The translations under genes and the position numbers were made by a program. A DNA stretch of 64,000 bases from Octopus sinensis. Taxonomy: Eukaryota. Position 1 is the stretch's first letter; each line of letters opens with the position of its first letter. Below, piece after piece: positions 27,534-42,610 of the stretch. The stretch is from assembly GCF_006345805.1 (NCBI RefSeq), contig NC_043007.1, forward strand, positions 46,624,001 through 46,688,000, in the 5' to 3' direction. The notes beneath the pieces were generated by a model. It saw only the letters and a program-made list of their open reading frames with translations. It had not been told where the DNA came from and did not search any database.

Positions 27534-28132
27534 CTGTTTGACTTTTGCTTTATATTTGTACAAGTTGGCTCCAAGTCTCACCCAGAGACCTCAAGAGACA
27601 ACAGGGTTGGAAGTTCATGGTTGTTGTTATGCCTAGTGTGCCATATATTTGGGGTGGGGATGTTGTACTAATGAATGTCTAAAAAAAAAAAGTTTTTTTT
27701 TTTTTTTTTTTAAACAGAAAATTATGGTGTTTTAAACCTTGAGGTTACATAGAGAGTATTTTGCGTAGGATATGAGCAGTTCCCAGAGCACTATCTTTTG
27801 AATTTCTGCCATTTTGGGTTTCCTGGTATCTGAGTTAGGTAGCTATCAGCCCCTTTTGCTATCATTCCCAGGGCACCTATGACAACAGGTATTGTTTTAG
27901 TCTTCAGCTTCCACATTTTGCTGATTTCTATTTCAAGATCTTTATATTTGCTCAGTTTTTGGTAGGTCCTGACAGATACGTTTATATCGATTGGGACAGT
28001 CATATCAATGAGGAGGCATGTTCTTTGTTTGAAGTCTTTCAATATGATGTCTGGCCTATTTGCATCTATCTTCCTGTCAGTTTGAATGGTGAAGTTCCAG
28101 AGGAGTGAGATGTGGTCATTTTCAAGCACCCC
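27534..28132 (-). mobile_element. R4/Dong-clade LINE 3' end (restriction-like endonuclease plus 3' UTR), subfamily A
   Basis: ORF 27791-28129 LLWNFTIQTDRKIDANRPDIILKD...LIDMTVP...KLSKYKDL...IPVVIGALG, then GTAHILRKILSM*; ends in (AAT)n. Confidence 0.92.
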
Positions 28133-28345
28133 TTCTTCTTCTTCTTCTTCTTCTTCGTGTTCTTCTTCTTCTTCTTCTTTTCTCTTCTTCTTCTTCTTCT
28201 TCTCTTCTTTGTCTTCTTCTTCTTCTTCTTCTTCTTCTTCTTCTTCTTCTTCTTCTTCTTGTTCTTGTTCTTGTTCTTGTTCTTGTTCTTCTTGTTCCTC
28301 TTCTTCTTCTTCTTCTTCTTCTTCTTCTTCTTCTTCTTCTTCTTC
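28133..28345. repeat. (TTC)n / (GAA)n microsatellite
   Basis: Direct reading; related tracts at 29914-30057 and 31228-31425. Confidence 0.96.
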
Positions 28346-28374
28346 ATATTTTTGTATTTTTCATCTTCCTTAAA

Positions 28375-28441
<67 letters not shown>

Positions 28442-29135
28442 GAGTGAGAGAGCAGTTCATGCCATCAAAGTGACACTGGGGTAAAATATACGAAGCCCAA
28501 TATACCCATCATGACTACCCGTCTGATAAAGGTACACCAGGCACATGCATCACAACCATATGTGCGCGACATGGTGATCTCATATCAAGATAAACAACAC
28601 ATGACCTTGCAGGTGGGGCCCAGTTAGAATTTTCTTCAGGTTGAGTAGCCCATCCTGCTCAAACGGTCCCTGAATAAGGGTTGCTTTAGGATGTTGAACG
28701 AAACACCTATGTTTCCAGAGGTGAACCATTCAAACTCCAAAGAATCCCTCTCAACACATGCCATGATGCTCCCCCACTACTTCTGCTCGTGATCAGATAT
28801 GCACATATCGTCAGCCACTAAGGGACATGCTCAACTGGTTAAGGTCAAACAACTGACAAGCAAACCTGTGGTATTGAGCAGAATATTTGCTGTAGCCCAT
28901 CTTTTATACCAAGACAAAACAATGTACATGATAACACTTCCAGTCAGTTAAGATCAGAAGCCATGAGAGCCACTGCCTGGTACTGCATCAGGGCATTGAC
29001 AAGCAAACCTGTGGGTTTGAGCAGAATATTTGCTGTAGCCCATCTTTTATCAAGACCAAAACAATGTACATGATAACACTTCCAGTCAGTTAAGATCAGA
29101 AGCCATGAGAGCCACTGCCTGGTACTGCATCAGGC

Positions 29136-29137
<2 letters not shown>
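28442..29137. mobile_element. Same ~530-bp repeat, copy 3 (part of the tandem duplication)
   Basis: Shares copy 2's variants and its terminal duplication. Confidence 0.82.
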
Positions 29138-29208
<71 letters not shown>

Positions 29209-29249
29209 ATATATTATATTATTGTATATTATTATAATTATTATTATTA

Positions 29250-29300
<51 letters not shown>

Positions 29301-29305
29301 GTATT

Positions 29306-29913
29306 CTGTTTGACTTTTGCTTATATTTGTACAAGTTGGCTCCAAGTCTCACCCAGAGACATCAAGAGACAACAGGGTTGGAAGTTCATGTTGTTGTTAT
29401 GCCTAGTGTGCCATATATTTGGGGGTGGTGGGGATTTTGTACTAATGAATGTCTAAAAAAAAAAAAAAGTTTTTTTTTTTTTTTTTTAAACCGAAAATTA
29501 TGGTTGTTTTAAACCTTGAGGTTACATAGAGAGTATTTTGCGTAGGATATGAGCAGTTCCCATGAGCACTATCTTTTGAATTTCTGCCATTTTTGGGTTT
29601 CCTGGTATCTGAGTTAGGTAGCTATCAGCCCCTTTTGCTATCATTCCCAGGGCACCTATGACAACAGGTATTGTTTTAGTCTTCAGCTTCCACATTTTGC
29701 TGATTTCTATTTCAAGATCTTATATTTGCTCAGTTTTTGGTAGGTCCTGACAGATACGTTTATATCGATTGGGACAGTCATATCAATGAGGAGGCATGTT
29801 CTTGTTTGAAGTCTTTCAATATGATGTCTGGCCTATTTGCATCTATCTTCCTGTCAGTTTGAATGGTGAAGTTCCAAGGAGTGAGTGGAGATGTGGTCAT
29901 TTTCAAGCACCCC
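29306..29913 (-). mobile_element. Duplicate of the R4/Dong subfamily A 3' end
   Basis: Nearly identical to 27534-28132 apart from several small indels. Confidence 0.9.
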
Positions 29914-30294
29914 TTCTTTTCTTCTTCTTCTTCTTCTTCGTGTTCTTCTTCTTCTTCTTCTTCTTCTTTCTTCTTTTCTTCTTCTTTCTTCTTCTTCTTT
30001 GTTCTTGTTCTTGTTCTTGTTCTTCTTGTTCCTCTCTTCTTCTTCTTCTTCTTCTTCATATTTTTGTTATTTTTCATCTTCCTTAAATATTATTATTATT
30101 ATTATAGTTTATTATAATTATTATTATTATTATTATTATTAATAAATTATTATTATTACTATTATATTATTATTATTGTTATTATTATTATAATTATTAT
30201 TATTATCATTATTATTATATTATTATTATATTATTATTATTAATATTATTATTATTATAATATATATTATTATTATATTATTATTATTATTATT

Positions 30295-32637
30295 CAGTAG
30301 TATATTTTTTATATCGTGCTTTCACTTCACTACCGAACGCAGCTCTGTGTGCCTGGGGTATGTGCTGTGATTTGTTGTGATGCTCTGATGGTTATTGTAT
30401 GGAAAGTGTTCTGCGTAGGATGTGTGCAGTGCCTAGTAGTGCAATTTTCTGTATGTTATATGTGTGTTTGGAAGTCCTGGTGTTTTTGTTATGTATTTGT
30501 CTGAATATTTTTTTATCATGCCTAATGCACCTATTATGATAGGAATTGTTTCTGTTTTTAGATTCAACATTCTGGTTACCTCTATTTCCAGGTCTTTTTA
30601 TTTTGAAAGTTTCTCCATTTCTTTTAGAGAACGTTGTCATCCGCTGGTATTGATACATCAATTCGAAAACATATTTTCTTCATGATCTCTCACAACTATA
30701 TGTGGTCTGTTGGCCTTAATGTCTCTATCTCTGTGTATTGGCATATCCCAGAGTATGGTTGCTTTCTCGTTTTCTGTGACCTTTTCTGGTGTGTGCCTAT
30801 ACCATCTTTTTTCTGTTGTTATTCAATAATGTTGGCATAGTTTCCAGTGTATATAGGTCCCAACTCTGTCGTATCTGTGAATATATTCCTTCTTAGCCAG
30901 GACTGGGCAGCCAGAGATAATATGATTTATTGTTTCTTGTCCATCTCCAAATATTCTGCAGTTACTTGTAATATTTCTTTCATTACATGTTTTTGGTAAT
31001 TTCTGGTGGGGAGGCTTTGGTCTTGTGCTGCAATTAAAAATCCTTCTGTCTCTGATTTGAGTCCTGAGCTTCTCAACCATTGTTGGGATTTTTCTTTGTT
31101 TATTTCTTTTGCATTTAGTTTAGTCCAGTATTTGCCATGAAGGGGCTTTTCTTGCCATCATTTTATCATGGTTCGTTGCTGTTCTATTTTTAGTTTGGAT
31201 TTCATTTGTTTTATAGCTTTTGTTGTTTCTTCTTCTTCTTCTTCTTCTTCTTCTTCTTCTTCTTCTTCTTCTTCGTGTTCTTCTTCTTCTTCTTCTTCTT
31301 CTTCTTCTTCTTCTTCTTCTTCTTCTTCTTCTCTTCTTCTTCTTCTTCTTCTTCTTCTTCTTTTCTTCTTCTTCTTCTTGTTCTTCTTCTTCTTCTTCTT
31401 CTTCTTCTTCTTCTTCTTCTTCTTCTACATATTTGTTAGGTGGTATGATTTCTTTTTTGTATTTTTCATCTTCCTTAAATATTGAGAACAGTTTTTGTTT
31501 TTCTCCTGTTTTGCCGCTATTTTATCAGTTTTTCTTCCTTCTGAAGTAGATATTTTTGCAGTCCTATGGTGGTTATTTTATAGTAGTTTTCCAGCTGTAT
31601 AAGGCCTCTACCACCATCTATACGTTGTATATATAGCCTTTCTATGTCAGATTTTGGGTGATGCATCCTAGATCCTGTCATTATTTTACTTGTTTTCCTA
31701 TCTATTTTGGTCAGTTCATTTAGTGTCCAGTTAAGGATATTGTAGCTGTAACATATAACTGGGACGGCTAAAGTGTTGATACCTATTATCTTGTTTTTAG
31801 CATTGAGCTCTGTTTTCAGTATTGATCTACCTCGTCTATAATATTCTTTTTTATTTTCTCTTTCATTTTTGTGTGCTGTGTCTTATCTAGTTCATGGATT
31901 CCTAAGTATTTGTAAGTTTGGCTTTGGTCTAATTCTTTTATTTCATTGGTTTTTTTATAGTGTGATGTTGCTACTCTTAACTAGTATTCCTCTTTTCAGG
32001 GTTACTTTGGCGCATTTCTCTAATCCAAATTTCATATCTATTTCTTTCGTAAATCCATGAACTGTCTTTAGTAGTGTTTCCAGCTGTTTGTCATTTGTAA
32101 CGTATAGTTTTAGGTCATCCATATATAAAAGGTGGCTGATAGTTTTGCCGTAACATTTATATCCGCATCCAGTTCTGTTTAGCATATCCGAATAGAGGTG
32201 ACAGTGCCAAGCAGAAAAGGAGTGGAGAGAGCGTATCTCCCTGGAATATTCCTCTTCTAATGGGGATGGCGTTGGTTTCCACAAGTCCCTCTTTTGTTTG
32301 GAGCTGTAGCACTGTTTGCCATTTATTCATAGAGTGTCCTATGTACTTTATAATTGTTGGTGCAATTTTGTTTATGGCTAGTGTTTCCAGAATCCATGTG
32401 TGGGGGATGCTATCAAACGCCTTTTTGTAGTCGATCCAGGCCATACTGAGGCCTTTCTTCTTTCTGTGGCTGTCTTCAGTTATGGCTTTATTGATCATTA
32501 GTTGATCTTTACAGCCATATGAGCCTTTGCGGCATCCTGTCTGCTCTTCTGGAAACAGGTTGTTTTCGTCCGGGTGCTTGTTCAATCTTTGCGATATTAC
32601 TGCAGTAAATGTTTCGTACATTGTAGGGCGACAGGTT
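30295..32637 (-). mobile_element. 5'-truncated R4/Dong-clade LINE, subfamily B (RT, zinc knuckle, RLE), pseudogenised
   Basis: ITCRPTMY...EEQTGCRKGSYGCKDQLMIN...WIDYKKAFDSIPH...GIFQGDTLSPLLF, LYMDDLKLY, WQEKPLHGKYW, CRIFG..QETINHIISGC, ALLGTAHILRRTLSIQ*; flanked by (AAT)n. Confidence 0.95.
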
Positions 32638-32692
32638 ATTATTATTATTGTTGTTATTATTATAATTATTATTATTATTATTATTATTATTA

Positions 32693-32741
<49 letters not shown>

Positions 32742-32836
32742 CATTATTATTATTATTATCATTCAGGTCACTGCTTAGAATCGAACTCGAAATCTTGGGG
32801 CTAGTAGCCCGCGCTCTTAACCACTACACTATATGC

Positions 32837-32879
32837 TCGAGTTCGATTGCAAGCAGTGACCTGAATAATAATAATGATG

Positions 32880-32932
<53 letters not shown>

Positions 32933-33085
32933 TATAATAATAATAACAATATCGAAAAATACCTCAGGAATGAGAACCCATTATCGAAATTTTCCCAAGA
33001 CACCTGATGAAAGCTGGGAGCCGAAACTGTGTTAAGAACAAACAAGATGAGGACAATTATACGTCAAAGGTAAATAATATAAATA
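32837..33085 (+). mobile_element. Inverted 5'-truncated copy of the tRNA/hammerhead SINE
   Basis: tcgagttcgattgcaagcagtgacctg(aat)n-atcgaaaaatacctcaggaatgagaacc...gatgaggacaattatacgtcaaaggtaaataat mirrors 32790-32762 and 25905-25760. Confidence 0.88.
33000..33032 (+). ncRNA. Minimal hammerhead motif, stem III partly deleted
   Basis: ACAC-CUGAUGA-AAGCUGGGAGCC-GAAAC-U-GUGU; intact CUGAUGA and GAAA, but it lacks the GU seen in the other copy. Confidence 0.68.
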
Positions 33086-34455
33086 AAGTATACAGTATTC
33101 TATATCCGTCATGGCTGAATCGGTTTCGCGCTGGGGTACATCTTAGTGTTAGGTAACAATCCTATTATATGGCCCTACGCTCCTGAGAGGTATCAGGTAT
33201 TTAATGAAATATGGTAACCGATCTCTATTGTTGGAGGTTAAGTGACACATCCAGTTTGCGGTTGTTGTGGGAAAAGGATGAAATGAACCGAGTAGGAGAT
33301 TTAGTTAAGAGTTATGTCCTTTGGTACCGAGACAATGTCACTGGGTTGGTTTTGCTGTACGTCGGTAAGAGATATTATGAAGTGTTTGCGGTTGGTATTT
33401 TTGTGGAAGTGGGGTACGTGTAGTGGTACTGTACGTATAACTTTTGCAGGGGGTGTAGGCATCCTTTACTGTGTTTGCTAGTATGTTTTCTTTCTCTATT
33501 GGTTACATATATTTAAAATAGATCTCCTAGGTGCGTGATACACCGATATTGTCGTGGTCCTCAATAATATTCATGTTGAATATATTCTGCTGTGTGATCC
33601 TGCAAAATTGTCTGCGATCCATATTGGTCTATAACGTAATGCAAACAGCACATCTATTACAAGGAAAAAAAAAAGAAAAAACATGAAGCACGAATTTGTT
33701 ACATGGGAGTGGCAAGGAAACTAACAAAATCTGAACAGATTATATACCAACTGGCAAGTTACATCTCAATACTGTATGTTCAACACGAATATTTTAGAAA
33801 TAAATTACTCGGAGAAACTATATGTATCGAAGTAAGAAAAGGAAACAGACAGAAATACCTTATAAAGGACATACCACACCATCTCCTCTGCGGCAAGCAT
33901 TGCTTATACTTTCGTGTAGATCAACACATTATCATTCAGATTATGTCGGAAAGGGCTAATACCCTCTGACCAATGAGTATTGCTCAGTAAAGAGAACAAA
34001 GCCTAAGAGATTACAACATATGCTTGAAACAATTTATATGAGAAATCGGATATATATATATATATATATATAATATATTTATATATATATTATAATATGA
34101 ATTAGCAGCAGCTCGAAAGATACCGACAATATCGAACACAACATATCTTGTGTCAGTGTTCGATATTCTTTAAATATAGTTGTATGTAAATATATGTTGC
34201 GTGTGTGTGTGAATGTATGTGTGTGTGTGAATGTATGTGTGTGTGTGCGTTGTGTAAGAGAGAAGCGTATGTAGCATGGAAACTCTGCTAGATTTTTCCC
34301 CTTTCATCTGCCTCTGACTACACAGTTCCGACCATATTTCGTGGTTATAAATTGGTCTCTGAATAAGTAAAATTATAGTTATACGTAAATAGATACAATA
34401 TCCTTAAAAAGCCACGCAAGTGTATGTGTGTGTGTGTGTGTGAGTGTAGAATGAA

Positions 34456-34725
34456 AGCGCGAGGCTTAGGGGTTAGGTTATTCGGCTCACGATGTAATTT
34501 CGTGCGATCACTTCACAAGACACTTTATTTACCGTTGCATCAGTCCATTCGAACGGCAAAAATGTGTAGAATCTCTATTTCAAAGGGCCAGTTCTCCTGA
34601 GAACAACGTTAAGAGTATACATGTCTGTGGAGTGCTCAGTTACATGCACATTAATTTCACGAGCAGGCTGTTACGCTGATCGGATCAACAGAAGCCTCGT
34701 CGTCGTAACCCACGGAATGCCACGA
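34456..34725 (+). mobile_element. tRNA-derived SINE family C, degenerate
   Basis: Head gcgcgaggcttaggggttagg...ggctcacgat (A-box like), caagacactttatt core, tail cctcgtcgtcgtaacccacggaatgcca. Assignment rests on a recalled family layout. Confidence 0.65.
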
Positions 34726-35012
34726 CCATATAAATAGATATATAACTACATACATACAGACACGTGTTTGTGCGTGTGTGAGTGTGTATTCGTTTTATTA
34801 AATATCAGATCAAGGTATTCAGCATGCGACAGATAATACTACATTATTCTTTAGTAATATGTCGACATGTGCACTGTAATTTCAAAGTAATTCTGAAGTA
34901 ATTTTATTTTCTCTCTATTTCTCTTCAGAAAATGAAAAACAAAAAAGTTATTTTTCATTATAAATTATATAATTGTGATTGACATCTACAGACATTGAAA
35001 TCTACAAGAATA

Positions 35013-35081
<69 letters not shown>

Positions 35082-35670
35082 GCAAAATTAACTACAAAGA
35101 AAAGTAAATCTTGTAAAAGAAAACGATAAATATATGTAAAAGAACGCATCAGAAAATTTACTTGATGCTGCATTTGAAAGTAATTAGGATTTTGACAGAC
35201 AAAAATCTGATTGAAATATCTTGTGTTGGTGTTGATAAAAGCCGAGACATGGAATCCAAATAATATTTTTATATATTATTGTGTCTATAAGCGTAATTAC
35301 TTTTTATATACAGTATTCAGAGAAGGCGTAGCCAGCTGAATTGCATATTCATCAAATGGTGATATAGACATGTTCCTTCCTATTTGATTGTTACGCCATC
35401 TATATATTTATCTAGGGATACTCGAGAAAGTTGCATGTAAAAATCGAACCTGTTTCAAGAAGTTTCATATAAATCACATAATTTATGCTTTTCATTGAGA
35501 TAATTTCTAGATCCTTAGCAGGGTTCAAGAAGGTCACCGAGAAGAACAACGAAAACTTATTTACTTTAGTCCAGAGATGTGTGGGATCAAATGTATGTCT
35601 CAATATGTACGTGTATTGTATTCAGAAATAAATGCCATCATGCTGTGTTTTATACATCCTTTTCAAAAAG

Positions 35671-35749
<79 letters not shown>

Positions 35750-35806
35750 CTATATATATATATATATATATATATTATATTGAATTATATTATATATATG
35801 ATATAT

Positions 35807-36214
35807 AGGCGCAGGACTGGCTGTGGGATAAGTAGTTTGCTTACTAACTACATGGTTCCCGTTTTACTCCCATTGCGTGGCACCTGGGGTAAGCTTCTTC
35901 TACTATAACCACGGACTGACCAAAGCCTTGTGAGTGGATTTGGTAGAAGAGAACTGAAAGAAGTCTGTCGTATGTGTGTGTGTGTGTTTGTGCGTATGTG
36001 TGGTGTCTGTGTTTGTCCCCTCCGCCAACCTGTCGCTTGAAAACAACCGATATTGGTGTGTTTACGCACCCGTAACTTAGCATTATGGCAAAGAGACTGA
36101 TAGAATAAGTACTAGGCTTACAAAGAATAAATCATGGAGTTGATTTGTTCGAGTAAATGCGGTGCTCTGTCATGGCCGCAGTCAAATGACTGAAACAAAT
36201 AAACCAATAAAAGA
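35807..36214 (+). mobile_element. Full-length SINE family B
   Basis: Reverse-complement homologue of 23871-24281 along its whole length. Confidence 0.9.
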
Positions 36215-37144
36215 AAAAAATATATCTTGATGTGTCTTGAGAGGGTTATTAAGCCAGTAACAATAAACACACACACTGGTTGAATATCGCAATTTGTTAA
36301 CTACCTACCAACTGACTAATCGATCATTTGTTTACTGCATTGATGAGAGAAGCAATCGCTTTGTCACTCACAGTCCTCCCGTCTCCATTCGCCACTGCTG
36401 TAATGCGTGAGTGTGTTACCCATTTCTCCCCCTGCTTTCTGTCTGTTCCAGAATTGCCCTTATGCCTCTATATATGTATGCTTGTATGTGTGTATTTTGA
36501 TGTGCTTAAATAGAAGAGGAAGTAAGCGTGAGTGTAAACGAAAAGTTTATGCTTGTGTTTGTGGGTGTATATGTGCGTGTGCGTATGTGTGTGGATTTTA
36601 TGTGTACACCCGCCTTACTGCTTGTACGCATGTTTGTGCTTACGTGAATGCTTGTGTATTGGCCATACGTAACCTCTTTAAAGTTTCGTCCTTTTGTTCA
36701 AAATTAGTTCCGTTTCATATCTGCTAGGCTTCGCTTGTCATTCCGTAAAGATTTATGTATGTAGTTCCTCATGTTGGCACTTGGAAAGGAGAACAGCGTA
36801 CGTGGGAGTGAGCTTCTACATGTCCAGGGGTGTTAATGGATGTGTGCGAGCGTCTGAGTGTGCGATCTTGTGTGTCTGTGTGATTGTGTGAGTGTTTGCT
36901 TATGTGAGTGCATTCCCAGCCGTGTGGGTGCGTATCAGCGTGTGCGTGCAATCTGACGGTTTTTAGAATAGGTAAACAACTGTACGTATTCTTGAGCGTA
37001 TGCGTTCTTGTATTATTCCTGCGTAATTTTACGCGGGTGTCTATGTTCACATGTGCCAGTATATGTCTGTGTGTGTATGTGTGGTGAGTTTGTGTGTGTG
37101 TGTGGATGTATGTGTGGTTGTGTGTTCTTTTGTGTGAGGTTTAC

Positions 37145-37175
<31 letters not shown>

Positions 37176-38077
37176 GTTGTGTATATTTACGCGTGCGTGT
37201 CGATGTGTATGTTTGTATATTGGATTTTTCATACCTGGATGTATGTATTTGTATGAATTTCCTTGTTTCCTGCTGTCGTTCTACTCCTACCTTGTCTGTA
37301 CCTATCCAGCCTATATGCGTGGATATGTATGGACGGTATATTGGAATTGTACATATTTTCATGTATTTATTTTATGGATTTAAATGCATCCTGCAGTTGT
37401 TCTAACCCTGCCCTTTTATATACCCGCATATACCACTACATACATACCTACTCGCCCATAAGGATGCGTACATGCAGCATATTCCACGGGCAGTAACTCC
37501 CATGATGTAGTTCTAGTAACGACTATGTATTTTTTGCCTTCGGTATTAATAATATCTCAATTATGAGAACAGGCTCGCTATTTTCAGAAGAAAAATGCAG
37601 TTGTTACATTGAGTTAATTATTAAAATTTAAGTCGCATTTTCATTCAATGCTTATCAAATAATCTTTTTCATATTTAACTTAATAAAACGTTTATTTGAA
37701 TAGTATATTCTCTACTCTGCAAACAGCCTATTTATTGTGTAAAACATTTGCATTTAATTAGATGACATCTCCACAAACAATGTTTCAAGACAAGATCCTG
37801 TTTTCAATATTATATATGTTTCTGAATGATTGCAGGAAATTGCTAATTATAGCAACTTGAATAAACACATAAAAGCACCATTTTGTGAATATATGTGTTT
37901 AAGTTAGTAATATTTGTGGAAAATGATAAGAGCCAAAAGGATATGTTTAAATGAAAAGTTTGGTCAACGATATAAACATAACTTTTCACCAGAAAAACAA
38001 AATGAACAAAAAGAGTAAAAAAAAAAGAAAGGTATAATTTGAAAATAACTTGATAGTAGACTCAATATGCGAACGTC

Positions 38078-38460
38078 AGGGCGCATTCCAGAAGTTTTGA
38101 GATTCATTTAGGGCTGTCCCAGATTGCTGTAATTTTACTATATATTTTCTATATATTTAATAAGCTGACCTGTTAAGTTCTGTTATTCTGTTATTGATGG
38201 AGACATTTGTAGCGGCACTTTGAACACACCCTCGTAAAAATGTGCTTGTCACAGCTGACTAGTTTGCAGAATGCAGTAGGGACGTTTTGAAATATACCAT
38301 GAAATAAAGTTTTCTGCTAAACTGAGAAAAACATGTCGTAGAAAGGTATGAAATATTCCATACTGCTTTTGGTTTAAAGTTTTCGCCGGCACAAGAGGTA
38401 TGATGACCGTTGAAAGAAGGTAAGAGGCGATAAAAGTTGTGAAAAGGATCAGAGCTGTTG
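38078..38460 (+). mobile_element. Mariner 5'-end remnant
   Basis: [10 protein letters not shown] / [11 protein letters not shown] / RHKR / LKEGK resembles the mariner N-terminal HTH; truncated at a (TA)n tract. Confidence 0.6.
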
Positions 38461-38512
38461 AGGATATATATATATATATAGTATATATATATATATATAT
38501 ATATCAACATAT

Positions 38513-38618
<106 letters not shown>

Positions 38619-38816
38619 AGTATGTATGTATATGTATATACAAAATAATTCCTAGAGAGTTAGAGGTTGTGAATGCAACCAACTCAGGGATAATATCTAT
38701 TCAATATACTGCTGGTAGAATACCCAATTATTAATACATGTGTTTTTTCATTGAATGGTAATTACACTACTGAATGCAATAAATGGGCGAGGGTAAAAAT
38801 TGTTCTACTCTTAATT

Positions 38817-40076
<1,260 letters not shown>

Positions 40077-40487
40077 ATATATATATCTGTGTGTGTGTGT
40101 GTGTGCGTCTGCGCATTATGCTCGTGTGTGTATATATACGTAATATGTGTGTGGTTTGGGGGTGTCCGTGCGCATAAATCAATTCATCATATTATATCTA
40201 TGAAATTTAACTCGTTTCCTTTGGTAGTTTGTAGGTGGGATGCAGCGGATGTTGATTGCATATATGATAAATTATATCAATACAATATGTGCATATTATA
40301 GATTTTTCAACGAAAAGTGTTTTATTTCGTGCAATTGGACTTTTCTGGGCTTTTCAACTTTTATTCTAGGAGAACATATTCAATAAATCACTGTGTAATT
40401 CGAAAATTGGTGACATGTTGGCAATATGTATTTTGATGTTATAAGATATGAAATGGCAAGAATAAAGCATAAAATTGAATAATAATG

Positions 40488-40531
<44 letters not shown>

Positions 40532-40955
40532 CGTAATAACAATAAAATGAATGAGGAAAAATAGTCAGGCAGTTAGATATTTAAGTAATATGTGAGAAAT
40601 ATTATTGCTATAAAATTTGATCTTTTCTTTGAACAATAAAACAGCTCGAAAATATATGAGGACGTGAGAAATGAAAACAACATACTCTTTCCTTCGTGAT
40701 CATAATAGCGTTGATCGGTACATATCTGCTTATCAATCATATTCTCTTCATTTATTCCAGCTTACATGCATATGTGGATGCATATACTCATGTGCACACA
40801 CACACACACACAAATACAAACGCACACATACATACATACATGCATGCATTCATGCATAGACGCATATATACATTTATATATATATATATATACATATGTA
40901 TGCATATATATATGTGTGTATGTATGCACGTATGTATATATCTATATATATATGA

Positions 40956-41046
<91 letters not shown>

Positions 41047-41198
41047 ATATATGTATGTATATTTACTAGAATAAAAACCTATATGTGCATAAAAACTACA
41101 ATTTTTCCATTTCGAATCATTTCTTGATGTTTCAGATTTTTTTATATTGTTGCTGCAAATGTTGACAGAGAAAAGCAAAGAGAGAGAGAGAGAGAGAG

Positions 41199-41239
<41 letters not shown>

Positions 41240-41791
41240 AACGAGGAAAAGAGCGAGAGAGAGAATATGGAAAGAGAGAGATAGGAAGACACAGAGAGTG
41301 TGAATAGAAAGAGAGAGTGATATTGAGATATCTAAGCATGAAGGCATGGCAGTATTCTTGAAATATGTGCCTAAACTGAACCCAGCATTAAATGTCTATT
41401 AATCATATTTTAGTGGTATTTAAAATAATGTGTACTCACAAAATATATATTTAGATGCAGTGAGTGATCCATATATGATTGTATGCATATATATATGCAT
41501 AATACACACACAGAATTGCACACACATATACGTATGTAATTCAGTGCATTTCCTCACGTTCTACGTAAAACGGTAGATCAGTGAACGTGGACACATAACG
41601 TCACAGCCACAATGTACTCGAGAACAAACTGAAGTTAACATGAGTAAAGAGAAAAATAATTCGGTAAGAATTCATCAATGGAACAAATTGCCCACCAAAA
41701 GTAAATAATCAATGCAGATGATTGTGTGTTTGTACTTGTGTGTATGTACGTGTGCGTGTGTGTGTTGGGAACATATGAGGCAGTGAGAATT

Positions 41792-41832
<41 letters not shown>

Positions 41833-42288
41833 GGAAGGGAGATAAAAGGGAGGAGAAAAAACTATACGCGTGTAATTCCGTTTATGTATGATATTAGCTA
41901 CGGAAGTTGATTTTGTACCTAATATTATTTATCACACCCAACCACAGTGGGTTCTGATCAGAGATGTGTTCATTAATTTGACTAATTACAGAGAAATAAA
42001 CCGTTAATGTATATATATATATATATATATATATACACTCGACAATTCCAGATTAACAGAGATAATTGGTTTTATTGTTTATAAAATTCATATTAATTTA
42101 GCGGGGAGAATATTTGAACAAATGTAGGGTATTCAGACAGGGTGGTACTTGCATCCCTGTATCAAGAGATATCTATTAATATTCATGACAAATTAGTTTT
42201 CTTAATGAATTTTACAAAATTAACAAAGATAGGTTAAGTCAAACAACTAAGTGGTTGCAACAGATATATCGATGATGTTTTCATTCCC

Positions 42289-42610
42289 TGCTTCCCAACC
42301 ATATAGTCCTGGGTTCAGTCCCACTGCGTAACACTTTGCACTACTATCTTCTACAATAGCCTCGGGGTGACCAAGGTCTTGTGAAGGGATTTGATAGACA
42401 GAAACTGAATGAAGCTCGTCGTACAAACACACATATACATATTTACAATATATGTCCGCGTAACTCAGCGGCTCGGCAAAATTGATTGATACAATAAATA
42501 CGATGCTTTAAAAAATATTAAGAACTGGAGTCGATTCGATTTTAAATACTGCAAGGCGGCACGTCAGTATGAATGTAGTATAATGATTCAACGTTAAGTT
42601 AAAAGATAAA
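42289..42610 (+). mobile_element. SINE family B, degenerate
   Basis: ctgggttcagtcccactgcg...tcttctacaatagcctcggg...gacagaaactgaatgaagctcgtcg. Confidence 0.8.

Noticed and set aside
26126-29137. Repeated blocks superficially like a CRISPR or satellite array
   Set aside because: The units are hundreds of bp and separated by microsatellite rather than unique spacers; the context is eukaryotic with no cas genes.
32762-32836. Possible true tRNA gene
   Set aside because: It has A/B boxes but no complete acceptor stem or T-run terminator, and it runs into (AAT)n; better explained as a SINE head.
34128-34167. 12-bp hairpin aatatcgaacac/gtgttcgatatt
   Set aside because: Isolated, too short for a miRNA precursor, and no associated element ends.
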